A stretch of DNA of 61,921 nucleotides, filler included, from Limisphaerales bacterium (GTDB lineage Bacteria; Verrucomicrobiota; Verrucomicrobiia; Limisphaerales; SIBE01): NCBI GenBank assembly GCA_044225505.1. It is 3 parts of 3 records of this genome, joined end to end, with 100 filler letters (N's around TTAATTAATTAA, not from the genome) between each part and the next. Parts side by side here need not be neighbours in the genome. Positions count along the whole stretch, not along the records: positions 1 to 20,610 come from JBGAIN010000149.1; positions 20,711 to 41,345 come from JBGAIN010000150.1; 1 more part is not named here. One strand, 5' to 3'. The translations under genes were made by a program, and so were the position numbers. Numbering within the stretch: position 1 is the first letter of the stretch; every line of letters starts with the position of its first letter. The notes beneath the pieces were generated by a model. That model was not told where the DNA came from and did no database searches. It worked only from the letters and a program-made list of their open reading frames with translations. Shown here piece after piece: positions 10,575-20,814 of the stretch.

Positions 10575-11705
10575 ATGAAAACCAACCTGCCTTCGGCCCG
10601 GGACAAATTGCTTTTTACCCCTGGGCCGCTCACGACCAGCCTCACCGTCAAGCAGTCGATGCTGCGTGACGCGGGTTCCTGGCACTTTGAATTTAACGCC
10701 TTGGTGCGAACCATTCGGGATCGACTTCTGGCGTTGACCGGCCTCTCCCGAGACGCTGGTTACGAATGTATCCTCTTGCAAGGAAGCGGGACCTTTGGAG
10801 TGGAAGCAGTTTTTGCGACGTGCGTCCCGCCCCAGGGCAAGGTGGCCGTTTTGTCGAACGGCGCTTACGGCGAGCGAATGGTGCAAATGCTGCGCCATGC
10901 TCGGATCGAACATGTGGTTCTTCGCACGGCGGAAGATGTGCCATCCGACGCCGCTGCCCTGGAGCAGACGCTCGCCCAGGATGCTGCGATAACGCATGTG
11001 GCGATTGTCCACTGTGAAACCACCACCGGAATCCTCAATGATATTCATGCCGTCGGGCAAGTCGTCAAAAAATACAATCGATCCTATATCGTCGATGCCA
11101 TGAGCAGCTTCGGCGCGATTCCGATCCACTTTGCGACCGCTGGGATTGATTACTTGGTCTCTTCAGCCAACAAATGCGTCGAGGGTGTGCCCGGATTCTC
11201 CCTGGTCCTGGCCCGCCGCGCGGCACTGCTTGCTTGCGATGGCTACGCGCGCAGCCTGAGCCTCGACTTGCTCGGGCAACTCAAGGGGTTCGAGAAAAAC
11301 GGTCAATTTCGCTACACGCCCCCAACCCACTCGATCCTCGCGTTCCATACGGCCTTGGATGAACTTGAACTCGAAGGGGGCGTGACGGCCCGCGGAGCGC
11401 GCTACCGTCGGAATCACCAGATTCTTGTTGAGGGAATGAAGCAACTGGGATTCCGGCCGTACTTGCCGCCGGCCATCCAGAGCTACATCATCACCTCATT
11501 CTATTACCCGAAAGATCCCAAGTTCACATTTGACGAGTTCTACGGAAAACTGAGCGACCACGGCTTCATTATTTACCCCGGCAAGATCAGTCAGGCCGAT
11601 ACGTTCCGCATCGGCTCGATCGGCCGGCTGTTTGAAGCGGACATGCGCGCGTTGCTCGCTGCCATCGCGGCAACGATCCGGGAAATGGGAGTGTCACTTC
11701 CTTAG
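10575..11705 (+). CDS. phnW: 2-aminoethylphosphonate--pyruvate transaminase (class V PLP enzyme)
   Basis: [69 protein letters not shown]. Confidence 0.93.
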   Translation: MKTNLPSARDKLLFTPGPLTTSLTVKQSMLRDAGSWHFEFNALVRTIRDRLLALTGLSRDAGYECILLQGSGTFGVEAVFATCVPPQGKVAVLSNGAYGERMVQMLRHARIEHVVLRTAEDVPSDAAALEQTLAQDAAITHVAIVHCETTTGILNDIHAVGQVVKKYNRSYIVDAMSSFGAIPIHFATAGIDYLVSSANKCVEGVPGFSLVLARRAALLACDGYARSLSLDLLGQLKGFEKNGQFRYTPPTHSILAFHTALDELELEGGVTARGARYRRNHQILVEGMKQLGFRPYLPPAIQSYIITSFYYPKDPKFTFDEFYGKLSDHGFIIYPGKISQADTFRIGSIGRLFEADMRALLAAIAATIREMGVSLP

Positions 11706-11737
11706 CCAGAGCAGAGCGCCTGGCAACCCAGAACGGC

Positions 11738-12592
11738 TCAACCACTCCGAGTCGCCGTGCGCTTTGCCAAAAGCCCGCCAAACAGATTGTGGAAGTTCTG
11801 GCTGACCCTCGCCGCGAGGCTCTCCAGGCTTTCGCCGAAGAGTTCGGCCGCAAATTGGTAGACGGCAAGTAAATTGGCCGGGTGGTTGATAGGCTCTGCC
11901 GAACTCTGGCATTGGAGTGGGAATAGCGTGCGAATCGGTGGCAGCCTTTGATCGGGAGCATCCGTCTCGATCAGCAATCGCTCGGGAGGAACGCAGCGGA
12001 ACGCTTCACGCTGCCGGACCTTGCGATCGTGGGCGAAATAGCCGGGCAATGAGAAATAGGCGCCTAGTTCAGTCAAGGCTGGGATCATTTCCGCTGGGCC
12101 GCCAAACGAATGAAGCAAAAACCCACAGGCCGGCGTCGGACCAGCGCGGAGGAGCTCGAGCAACCGCCCCCACGCTTGCAAGCAGTGAATGCTGACCGGG
12201 AGATTCCGTTCCGCCGCGGCCTGCAGTTGCCAGCGGAAAACCTCTTGCTGGGCGCTCCAGTCGTAGTCCTTCATCCACCGATCCAGCCCGATCTCCCCTA
12301 CCCCCGCTGGGATTGCCTCCAGAAGATCGAGTAGTGTTTCACGCCACTGCGGTGAGCGCTCTTGGACGTACCAGGGGTGGTATCCAAAAGAAGGAATGAT
12401 CATCGGATTGGCGCGAGCCAGCTCCAAGACGAGCGGCCAATCATCCTCGGCGGCGCCGTTCACTACCATGCCAGCGACTCCCGCGCCAATCGCTTCTTCC
12501 AACACTTGCGATCGGTTGGGCGCCAACCGTTCATCCTGCACATGGTTGTGCGCGTCGTACAGCCGCAAATTCGGCATCGGCATCGGCATCAT
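11738..12592 (-). CDS. tatD: TatD family hydrolase
   Basis: DAHNH, GYHPW, GEIGLD, SIHC, LHSF, LIETDAPD; exact start uncertain (12592-12577). Confidence 0.9.
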   Translation of the reverse strand: MMPMPMPNLRLYDAHNHVQDERLAPNRSQVLEEAIGAGVAGMVVNGAAEDDWPLVLELARANPMIIPSFGYHPWYVQERSPQWRETLLDLLEAIPAGVGEIGLDRWMKDYDWSAQQEVFRWQLQAAAERNLPVSIHCLQAWGRLLELLRAGPTPACGFLLHSFGGPAEMIPALTELGAYFSLPGYFAHDRKVRQREAFRCVPPERLLIETDAPDQRLPPIRTLFPLQCQSSAEPINHPANLLAVYQFAAELFGESLESLAARVSQNFHNLFGGLLAKRTATRSG

Positions 12593-12833
12593 TTCAAGAT
12601 TACGGTGGGGCTCGCTCCGGGAGCAACCCGGTTTTATTGGGAAAGCAGGTCGAGCCTGACGCCGTATCTTCATGGGGCGCGGCCGTGGCGAGTCCAACGA
12701 CACAGCCATGATCCTGGATCTCACGCCGTTTTAATCTCACCCAAGCAGCCCCCGCAAGGCGATCTGAACTTGCCCCGGGATGGGAGGAGCGACTATTTTA
12801 TTCATCAGGTTCCACTTCAATCCCGGGCAAAAT

Positions 12834-14240
12834 ATGAATAATGCCAACGTCCAAAACGGTGCTCATGGCGCGCCCTCGAGCGCGATTCCTTATCAACCCG
12901 TCGCCGGGCAACGCGAAGCGGCGCTCCATCGGCAGCGCGCTTACCCGTACCGATTCCCGCGCGACTTCCGCTGTCTCGGCGGCAAGTTTACGGTGGCGGA
13001 GAACTCCCAGCGTTTGCTGCGATTCTTTTACTTCGAAAGGCGGCTGGCCCAAGCTTTAGGTGCCTGGACGCTCTCCATCCCCGAGTTCGAAGTGAAACTC
13101 GAAACGGGCCGCCACATCTTCTACCACGCGGATGCGGCCCGTTTGCTCCGTGAGCGACTTACCGAACAGGAAATGCGCCCGAAAGAAATCGATAGTTTCC
13201 GTGACACCGCTATCGACGCTTTCATCGACGAGGCCTTAAGTGCCCAAAGCGCTGCCGAGCTGCTGGTCGGGATTCACCAAGTCGTTGGACGCGCCCTGGC
13301 GACTACTTACCGTCACCACATGGACGACACGGATCCGGTGGCGGATGCACCCACCATTCGATGTTTGCGACGGATTCTCGTCGATTACGAACCGATGCTC
13401 GACTGGGCGGATGCGGCCCTGGCAGCTTACGTGGACGGTGGAGTCCTCGAGGCTGATCTGGCCGTATGGCGCTGGCACCTGCAACGTCTCCTGGCATCAA
13501 TTGGGGGCATTCCCGGGACGGACCGACCGGCCGAAGCGCCATCTCCGCTCCGTAGCCAAGCCAAGCCATTTGAACGCGGGACGGTGCCGCTTAGAGACGT
13601 TCGCTTTGACACATTTAAGAATACCGGGGACTACGACGTGGCCGACCAGAAAGAGCGCTTTCCGAAGGACTCTTACGAAGCGCTCCGGCTTCGGTTTATA
13701 CGCACGCAGCGCGATGAGGTTGACGCCATCGAAGCATTTGGGACCTTTCTGTGGGACATCCGCTTTCGCGACTTTCAGGCCGAATATGACTTGGCTCGCA
13801 TTACCTGGGATGAGGCACGCCACACCGAGATTGGCCATCGCGCGTTACTAGCGGCGGGTTATGACCCGTTCGAATTGCGGAACCGGCTGACCGGATCGAC
13901 CTGTCGCGGCCCTATGGACCCGGCGTTCGCCATGGCAGAGATCAATCTCTTTGGCGAAGTGGGTGTGTTGAAAACGATCAACCAACTCATCGACAAAGCG
14001 GCGGAACGTCGCGATGAACTTTTGCGACATGTTGCCGATTTTATTCGCTCTGACGAGCGCACGCATGTGCGAAAAGGGGGGCGCATCATTAAGGTGATGA
14101 CGGATCTGGATGCTAAAGCTCTGGAACTGCGGACGCGCGAACTCTTTACGGAATGCCTGGTCAGCCTCGGAGCGGTCACCAAAGACATGGACGTGTTTAC
14201 GGTCTCGCGCGAAGATATCGAACATCTCGTCGGCGAGTAG
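12834..14240 (+). CDS. Ferritin-like (DUF455-like) protein with two four-helix-bundle modules
   Basis: C-half has E…WDEARH…E…SDERTH diiron-type ligand pattern; N-half is a degenerate ferritin-like bundle. Confidence 0.65.
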   Translation: MNNANVQNGAHGAPSSAIPYQPVAGQREAALHRQRAYPYRFPRDFRCLGGKFTVAENSQRLLRFFYFERRLAQALGAWTLSIPEFEVKLETGRHIFYHADAARLLRERLTEQEMRPKEIDSFRDTAIDAFIDEALSAQSAAELLVGIHQVVGRALATTYRHHMDDTDPVADAPTIRCLRRILVDYEPMLDWADAALAAYVDGGVLEADLAVWRWHLQRLLASIGGIPGTDRPAEAPSPLRSQAKPFERGTVPLRDVRFDTFKNTGDYDVADQKERFPKDSYEALRLRFIRTQRDEVDAIEAFGTFLWDIRFRDFQAEYDLARITWDEARHTEIGHRALLAAGYDPFELRNRLTGSTCRGPMDPAFAMAEINLFGEVGVLKTINQLIDKAAERRDELLRHVADFIRSDERTHVRKGGRIIKVMTDLDAKALELRTRELFTECLVSLGAVTKDMDVFTVSREDIEHLVGE

Positions 14241-14310
14241 TGCAAGAAGAGCCTTCGTATCGTTTGACGAAGGTCAACCCCGCGCGCGAGGATTAGGTCA
14301 TAATTGGCCT

Positions 14311-15333
14311 ATGTCCCAGCGTGTGCTTCTTTGGGCCTGGCTCCTCTTGGCCATGTCCCTCCCAGAGGCTAGACCGGACGCGGTCCCGGTTAGTCCCATC
14401 ATGGAGGCCGTTTTGGACCGCGCCTCCGGCCAAGTTCAGATCACAGAACGCGGGCAGCGCGTCCTGCGCTACAATTACTCTACGGTCGATCCAGGTGACT
14501 GGGTCAAGCAAGTGCGGCCCGAGAACCTCAAATATGCCCGTGCCCGTAGTGACTATATTCACCCTCTTTACGGACTGCGAGGCGAAGAGTTGACCAAGGA
14601 TTGGTCCGTGGATCATCCTCACCATCGAGGGATCTATTGGGCTTGGCCGGAGGTCGCATGGCACGATGAATTCGGCGATCTCCACGCGCTTCAGCGTCTG
14701 TTCGCACGCCCCACCGCCCGCTGCCAGGTCCAAAGTGGCGAGACCGTCGCGCAAATCGACGCCGAGAATGACTGGCTCTGGGAAGACCGCCAACCCATCG
14801 TCCACGAACGGGCCCGGGTTCGAGCGTATCGCGCGGATGCGCGCGGGCGGATCATCGACTTAGAATTGCGCTTTACCGCCCTCGTGGACCACGTCTCGCT
14901 CGCCCGCCGCGGCACGGACAAGTATGGAGGCTTGAACATCCGCCTGAACAAGATTCAGGACCAACGCATGACAACTCACACCGACCCAACCAACTCCGCG
15001 CCACGCCGCGCCTGGGCGGATGTGTCCGGACATTTCGCAGAAAACTCGTCCGATACCGGAATCACCATTCTGCAAGCTTCCAATAATCCGCGCTATCCAG
15101 GCGAGTGGATCTCGTACCCGGAATTGAATTGGCTGCAGCCTACGTTCCCATCGTCGGGAGAACGGTTTTCCCTGACGAAGGGAAACCCGCTCGTTTTGCG
15201 ATTCCGCTTTTGGATTCACGCGGGAGCAACGCCATCGGCAATAGAGTGTGCCGAGTTGTGGAACGACTATAACGACTCGCTCCGTTCCGATTCTATTCTC
15301 CCGTCCAAGACCGACCGTCCGGTCGGAGAGTGA
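14311..15333 (+). CDS. Secreted DUF6807/'PmoA-family' beta-sandwich protein (not methane monooxygenase)
   Basis: YIHPLYG…DHPHHRGIYWAW, YGGLNIR, NPRYP; signal peptide. Confidence 0.75.
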   Translation: MSQRVLLWAWLLLAMSLPEARPDAVPVSPIMEAVLDRASGQVQITERGQRVLRYNYSTVDPGDWVKQVRPENLKYARARSDYIHPLYGLRGEELTKDWSVDHPHHRGIYWAWPEVAWHDEFGDLHALQRLFARPTARCQVQSGETVAQIDAENDWLWEDRQPIVHERARVRAYRADARGRIIDLELRFTALVDHVSLARRGTDKYGGLNIRLNKIQDQRMTTHTDPTNSAPRRAWADVSGHFAENSSDTGITILQASNNPRYPGEWISYPELNWLQPTFPSSGERFSLTKGNPLVLRFRFWIHAGATPSAIECAELWNDYNDSLRSDSILPSKTDRPVGE

Positions 15334-15342
15334 CATCTGCCT

Positions 15343-16713
15343 ATGAAAAGCCAACCGCAGCAATCTTCCTCCTACACACGACGCCAGTTCTTAAAGACGA
15401 CCGCCGGAACCGCCCTCGCCGCCCCGTGTTTGGCGCCTGCGTCGATCTTTGGCGCGCCTGGTGTGACCGCGCCGAGTGAACGGATTAACCTCGGCATCAT
15501 TGGCGTCAATGGCATGGGACGGGCAAACCTCGGGAACTGTGCCGCACACTCGGACGTTGTCGTCAGAGCGGTTTGCGACGTTGCGAAAGCTCGCCGCGAC
15601 GCTGTCTTAGAAACGTATGGAGCGAGTGCCAAAGGCTATGAAGACTATCGCGAACTGCTTGCCAGGCCTGACATCGATGCGGTCATTATTGCCACGCCTC
15701 CGCATTGGCACGCCCTCATGGCCATCCACGCCGTCGAGGCTGGCAAAGACATTTATCTCCAAAAACCGATGTCGCTCTATCCGGAGGAGGGTCTCGCCGT
15801 CCGGAATGCGGTCAACCGTCATCGGCGAATCAGCCAGATCGGCACACAGATTCACGCCACGGAAAACTACCGTCGAGTCGTGGAGTGGATCCGATCGGAA
15901 CGACTTGGCCCAGTGAGCGTGGTCCGCACGTTCAACGTCATGAATCAGGGGCCGAACGGCATTGGGCGTGCTCCAGCGGCCGGTCCACCCGCGGGCCTGA
16001 ACTGGGACCTTTGGCTTGGCCCAGGCCCAGTCCGACCATTCAACGCTCTCTTATTCGCCGACAGTTACAATCACTGTTCGTTCTGGGACTACTCCGGTGG
16101 TTGGACTCCAGGAATGGCGCCGCACATCATTGACCTCCCCATTTGGGCACTCGACTTGGGCACCCCCTTGGTGACCACTTGTTCCGGAGGTCGATTCGTC
16201 ATCCATGACGATGGAGATGCGCCCGATACCCAGGAGGTTGTCTGGCGGTTTCCTCACCTCACGATGACCTGGATGATGAGCACTTGTAATAGCTTCGGAT
16301 TTGATTTCGGACGAGGTCGACCGGAGCGCCGCTTGGGCATCTATTTTCATGCGCTCAACGGGACTCTTTTCGCAAACTATGACCGGCATGAGATTGTGCC
16401 TGAAGGTGATCTGCTTCCGGATCTGACCGCTCCTTCCGTGCGATTGCCAAGTTCTCCTGGGCATGAGCGGGAATGGCTCGACTCCATCAAATCTCGGCGC
16501 GAGCCTAGTTGCAGCGTCAACTACCACTACCGCGTCGATCTGGCCATCTCGCTGGCTAATCTGTCCTACCGCCTCGGTCGCTCTGTCCGATTTGACCCAG
16601 CCACTGAGTCGATCGTGGACGACGCCGCTGCCGCGCAGATGGCCCGGCCTGAGTACCGTTCACCTTGGAAGCTGCCAGAGCAGTACTTAAAAGCAGCGCC
16701 CAAACCGGCGTAG
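15343..16713 (+). CDS. Tat-exported Gfo/Idh/MocA oxidoreductase
   Basis: TRRQFLK, IIGVNGMG, DAVIIATPPHWH, KDIYLQKP, QIGTQ, WDLWLGP. Confidence 0.92.
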   Translation: MKSQPQQSSSYTRRQFLKTTAGTALAAPCLAPASIFGAPGVTAPSERINLGIIGVNGMGRANLGNCAAHSDVVVRAVCDVAKARRDAVLETYGASAKGYEDYRELLARPDIDAVIIATPPHWHALMAIHAVEAGKDIYLQKPMSLYPEEGLAVRNAVNRHRRISQIGTQIHATENYRRVVEWIRSERLGPVSVVRTFNVMNQGPNGIGRAPAAGPPAGLNWDLWLGPGPVRPFNALLFADSYNHCSFWDYSGGWTPGMAPHIIDLPIWALDLGTPLVTTCSGGRFVIHDDGDAPDTQEVVWRFPHLTMTWMMSTCNSFGFDFGRGRPERRLGIYFHALNGTLFANYDRHEIVPEGDLLPDLTAPSVRLPSSPGHEREWLDSIKSRREPSCSVNYHYRVDLAISLANLSYRLGRSVRFDPATESIVDDAAAAQMARPEYRSPWKLPEQYLKAAPKPA

Positions 16714-16795
16714 AAACGTGCTCTTGACCAGGGCAGCTAGGGGAAGAACGAACTTAGCGGCGCAAGAGGTCACGCCGGCAGCCAAGCGGATTGCC

Positions 16796-16811
16796 TGGCA
16801 CAGATTAGGCT
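16796..16811 (+). promoter_or_regulatory. Possible sigma54 (-24/-12) promoter upstream of the sensor kinase
   Basis: TGGCACAGATTAGGCT keeps GG-N10-GC but has AG instead of TT. Confidence 0.3.
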
Positions 16812-16919
16812 CACACGGAGTGGAGGCACCGGATCGTTCTCTCGAGTGCTAACGCAAGTTGCTCGTCATTAGCGAGCGAGGGGGCTGTGGCCATCTTTTT
16901 GTGACGATGGCACCGCTCC

Positions 16920-19900
16920 ATGAATTTTGTGCATTCTGTCCTGGTCGTTTTGGGTCAGGCGCTGATCGCGCTTGGCCGTTGTATGCCGCCGACGTTTTCA
17001 AAAACGCCTTTCGGGACGCACTGGTTGCCAGTCGATTGGAAGCGAAACGTGCGGGGCTTCCTTTGCCATGGCTGGATGCCCTTAGCCCTGTTCGCGGCAC
17101 TGCTAAGTCCTTGCTCTCCCTTCGGCGCCGTCCCTGAACAGGAAGATCCGCCATCCAACCTGCCTTTATTGACAAAGGCCATCGAAGTCCGACGCCTGAC
17201 GGAAGTAGACGCTCAGCGACGATTTCCCGTCCAATTGTCAGGGACGGTCACTTACTACGACCCGGATTGGAATCTATTGTTCCTTAGTGACCCTACAGCT
17301 GGAATTTACCTGCATATTGCAGGGGAATCGCTTGACCTTGTGCCAGGGCAATCTCTCGTCGTCGAGGGGTCCACGGACCGCGGCGAATTTAGCCCGATCG
17401 TCACTCGCTTGCGGATTCATTCCGGAGAGCGCGCCCCGCTTCCGATCCCCAAGGCGATTCCGATCCCCAAGCTGCTAGCAGGAAGCGAGGATTGTGAGTA
17501 TGTCGAGACGGTCGGAACGGTGACCTCCGTGACGGAGGCAGGTCGCCATCTCAAGCTTGCCCTCATCGCGGACGGGCATGGAATTGAAGTCTCAATTCCT
17601 CACGCGGCGCAGGCAGAAGCAGCAGCGCTTCTCAACAGTACGGTGCGTGTTCGCGGTGTTTGTTCGGTAAGGCGGTCTCCCGCATTGGTGGTCCTGTTTG
17701 TGTCGTCGCTGACGGAGGTGACGGTTCTGAAACGAGGTGAATCGACTCCGTTAGCGTTGGTTTCACGTCCGATCCGCGACCTCACCAATGCCCCGGCCAA
17801 CGATATCGAGGGCCCAGTGCGCACGGATGGAATCGTCGTTCAACAACTGACGCCGAATGAGTTCGTCATCCGCGATGAATCCGGGTCTCTGCGAGTGCGA
17901 AGTCGTCAGACCAATGCGCTCGCCGCAAATATCCACTTGGACGTTACGGGCCAACTGCGCTGGGAAACGGAAGTCCCCGTTCTGCAGGACGCGATCTTTA
18001 GGAAAATTGGGGTTGGACTGACGCTCCCTGAAGAGGAGTCCAAGACCTCGCTGCGGAAGTCCTTGAAGGGCGTGGAAACTCGCGTCTTGACGCAAGCCGC
18101 TTCGCTTCGCGCTCTGAGCAACACGGATGCTGAATCAGGTTTTCCCGCGGTCCTGCGAGGCACGATCACCTACTACGATTACACGAACAACGATTGCTTC
18201 ATTCAAGACAACACCGGCGGGATTTGGATTGATGTCGAAAGCGCTGGTGTTGGCGAACTCGATCTGATCCCCGGAGAATTCGTTGCGGTCTCTGGATACT
18301 CGTCCCCCGGGTTTGCGCCTGGCTTGCTTAAACCTCACTTCCAATTGCTCGGGCAAGGCCGAATGCCCGAAAGAGATCCGGCGCCTTTAACCGCTCTCCT
18401 GACCGGCAAGGAAGATGGTCAATGGGTGAAAGTGATCGGAATGATCCGCGCCGTGGAGAGAGTCTGGAACGGAATTCAGGTGGAGTTGGAGATGGCGAAT
18501 GGCGGGCGGCTCCGGTCGACGATTGCGTGCCCAGCCAGCCAACCGCTCCCGGAAGCATGGGTGGCAGCAACCGTGGAGATTCAAGGAGTCTGCGTCACCA
18601 CGGTCAATCACAAGCGCCAGTTGATCGGTGTCCGCCTGCTAGTGCCACAAATCAGCCAAGTCCGACTACGGGTTCCGGCGGAGCCGAATCCCTATGCGCT
18701 GCCCGTCCGCCCGATCAACCAACTGTTGCAATACCGGGCTGATGGCCAAGGTGATCATCGCGTCCATGTGCAAGGCGTGGTCACGCTCCGTCGTCCTGAC
18801 AAGACGCTCTATATCCATGACTCTTCCGACGGCGTTCAAGTGCAGGCGCAGCAAGAGTTAGACGTTAAACCAGGGGATCTGGTCGAAGTGGTAGGGTTTC
18901 CCACCGTCGGAGAGTTCACTCCGGTTCTGCAGAATGCGGTTGGCCGGCGAATTGGCGAGGGCCAAATGCCCGAGGTTCGGCCGGTGGCGGTCTCCGTGCT
19001 GAGCGCTGGCCAGTTCGACAGCGATCTCGTGCAAGTGGAAGCCACATTTCTGGAGCGGACCACGCATCTGGAGGAGATTGTTTATACCGTCGAATCCGAA
19101 GATCGCGTGTTTACAGCGGTCGTGCCGAAAACGAACGGTTTGGAGCCGATGCGCACCTTGCGCCAAGGCACCCCTCTGACCTTGACGGGAATATGTTCGG
19201 TGCAAACGGATGAAAACCAGGCACCGAAATCCTTTCGCTTGCTCCTGCGCGACGGCAAGGATCTTAAGGTCCATCCCAGCCCTGCCATTTGGCTTCGCGC
19301 CTATGCGACGCGATGGATCGGAGCGCTCTGTTTTATCAGTCTCACAGCGTTCACTTGGGTCGCGCTTTTGCGAATTAAGGTTCGGCAACAGACCGAACTG
19401 GTGCGGCAAAAACTGCTTCGCGAGGCCGCCTTGGAGGAGCGTTACCGCCAGTTGTTCGAAAACACGAATGACCTGGTGTTCAGCCTCGACTTCCAAGGCA
19501 ACTGGCTAAGCCTCAACCAGGCGACGCAAAAACTACTTGGCTACACCTGGTCTGAACTGGAAGGCCGGACCGCGTTTGACTTGATCGCTCCCGCTCACCA
19601 CGGACTCGTGCGGGAAGCGATGCATCGGACCAAGACTGGCGACCAGTGCCATACTCATGAATGGGAAGTCAACACCCGCGTTCATGGACGCCTGATCTTG
19701 GAAGTCAGCTGTAAGTTGCACTTGAACGAAGGTCAGGCGGTCGGCCTGGATTGTATCGCTCGCGACATCTCTGACCGCAAACGTAGCGAAGCAGCCCTGC
19801 GCGAAAGCGAAGAACGTTTTCGTAATTTGGTCGAAAACTCTCCCGAAGGAATCTTCATCCAGACGGAGGGGCGATTTGCCTATCTCAACTCGGCCGCCGT

Positions 19901-20610
19901 GCGGCTATTTGAAGCGAAATCGCAAACAGACCTCATCAACACCGCCGTCCTGGATCTTTGCCATCCCGACTTTCGAGAGAGCATTCAACAACGAATCGAG
20001 CTCCTCAACGATGGACGGCAGTCCGTGCCTTGGGTGGAAGAAAAGTTCCTACGGATCAACGGAAAATCGTTTGAAGTTGAAGTCAGCGCCACCCCGATCA
20101 CCTTCAAAGGCAAACCTGGCGCTTTGGTCTTTTTCCGAGATGTGAGCGAGCACAAACGACTGGAAGAACAGTTGCGGCAAGCGCAGAAGATGGAAGCGGT
20201 CGGCCAATTGGCAGGAGGTGTCGCTCACGACTTTAACAATATCCTCGCAGCCACCTTCATGCGGTTGGATATGACCGCGATGGATCCGACATTGACTCCG
20301 GATCTTCAGGCCTCCATCCGAGAACTGCGCGAAGATGCAAAGCGGGCGGCCGAGTTGACGAAACAGTTGCTTCTTTTTAGCCGGCGTCACGCTTTGAACA
20401 TGAAAGTGATCAATCTCAACGAGGTTGTAGATCACTTGCTCAAAATGTTGCGACGGCTTTTGGGAGAACATATCGAACTGCAATTTCGCACCGTCTCCGC
20501 CGCTGTTTGGGTCAATGCGGATGTCGGCATGATCGAGCAGGTGGTCATGAACCTGGCTGTCAATGCTCGAGACGCCATGCCAGACGGCGGGCATCTCCGC
20601 ATCTCCACCC
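16920..20610 (+). CDS. Sensor histidine kinase: repeated extracellular OB-fold-like modules, TM, two PAS domains, HisKA/HATPase; 3'-truncated by gap
   Basis: AQKMEAVGQLAGGVAHDFNNIL H-box, QVVMNLAVNARDAMPDGG N-box, PAS ends RDISDRK and RDVSEHK; start uncertain. Confidence 0.9.
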
Positions 20611-20710
20611 NNNNNNNNNNNNNNNNNNNNNNNNNNNNNNNNNNNNNNNNNNNNTTAATTAATTAANNNNNNNNNNNNNNNNNNNNNNNNNNNNNNNNNN
20701 NNNNNNNNNN
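20611..20710. other. Assembly gap with artificial TTAATTAATTAA linker
   Basis: 100 nt of N surrounding a 12-mer (20656-20667) with stops in all six frames. Confidence 0.97.
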
Positions 20711-20814
20711 CGCGCACAACCGCCCGCCATGAGGTGGCAGTCGCCGCCCCCTACCCGACCGTTCAGCCGGTGCCCACGAGGTGAACACCGGCTGACGATG
20801 GGGTTCGATCAACC

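Noticed and set aside
14311..15333. Methane monooxygenase PmoA / methanotrophy
   Set aside because: Soluble secreted protein of a misleadingly named family; no multi-TM PmoA features and no pmoB/pmoC.
20611..20710. TTAATTAATTAA palindrome within Ns (also 41346-41445)
   Set aside because: Artificial contig-joining linker; not biological, and it breaks synteny inferences.
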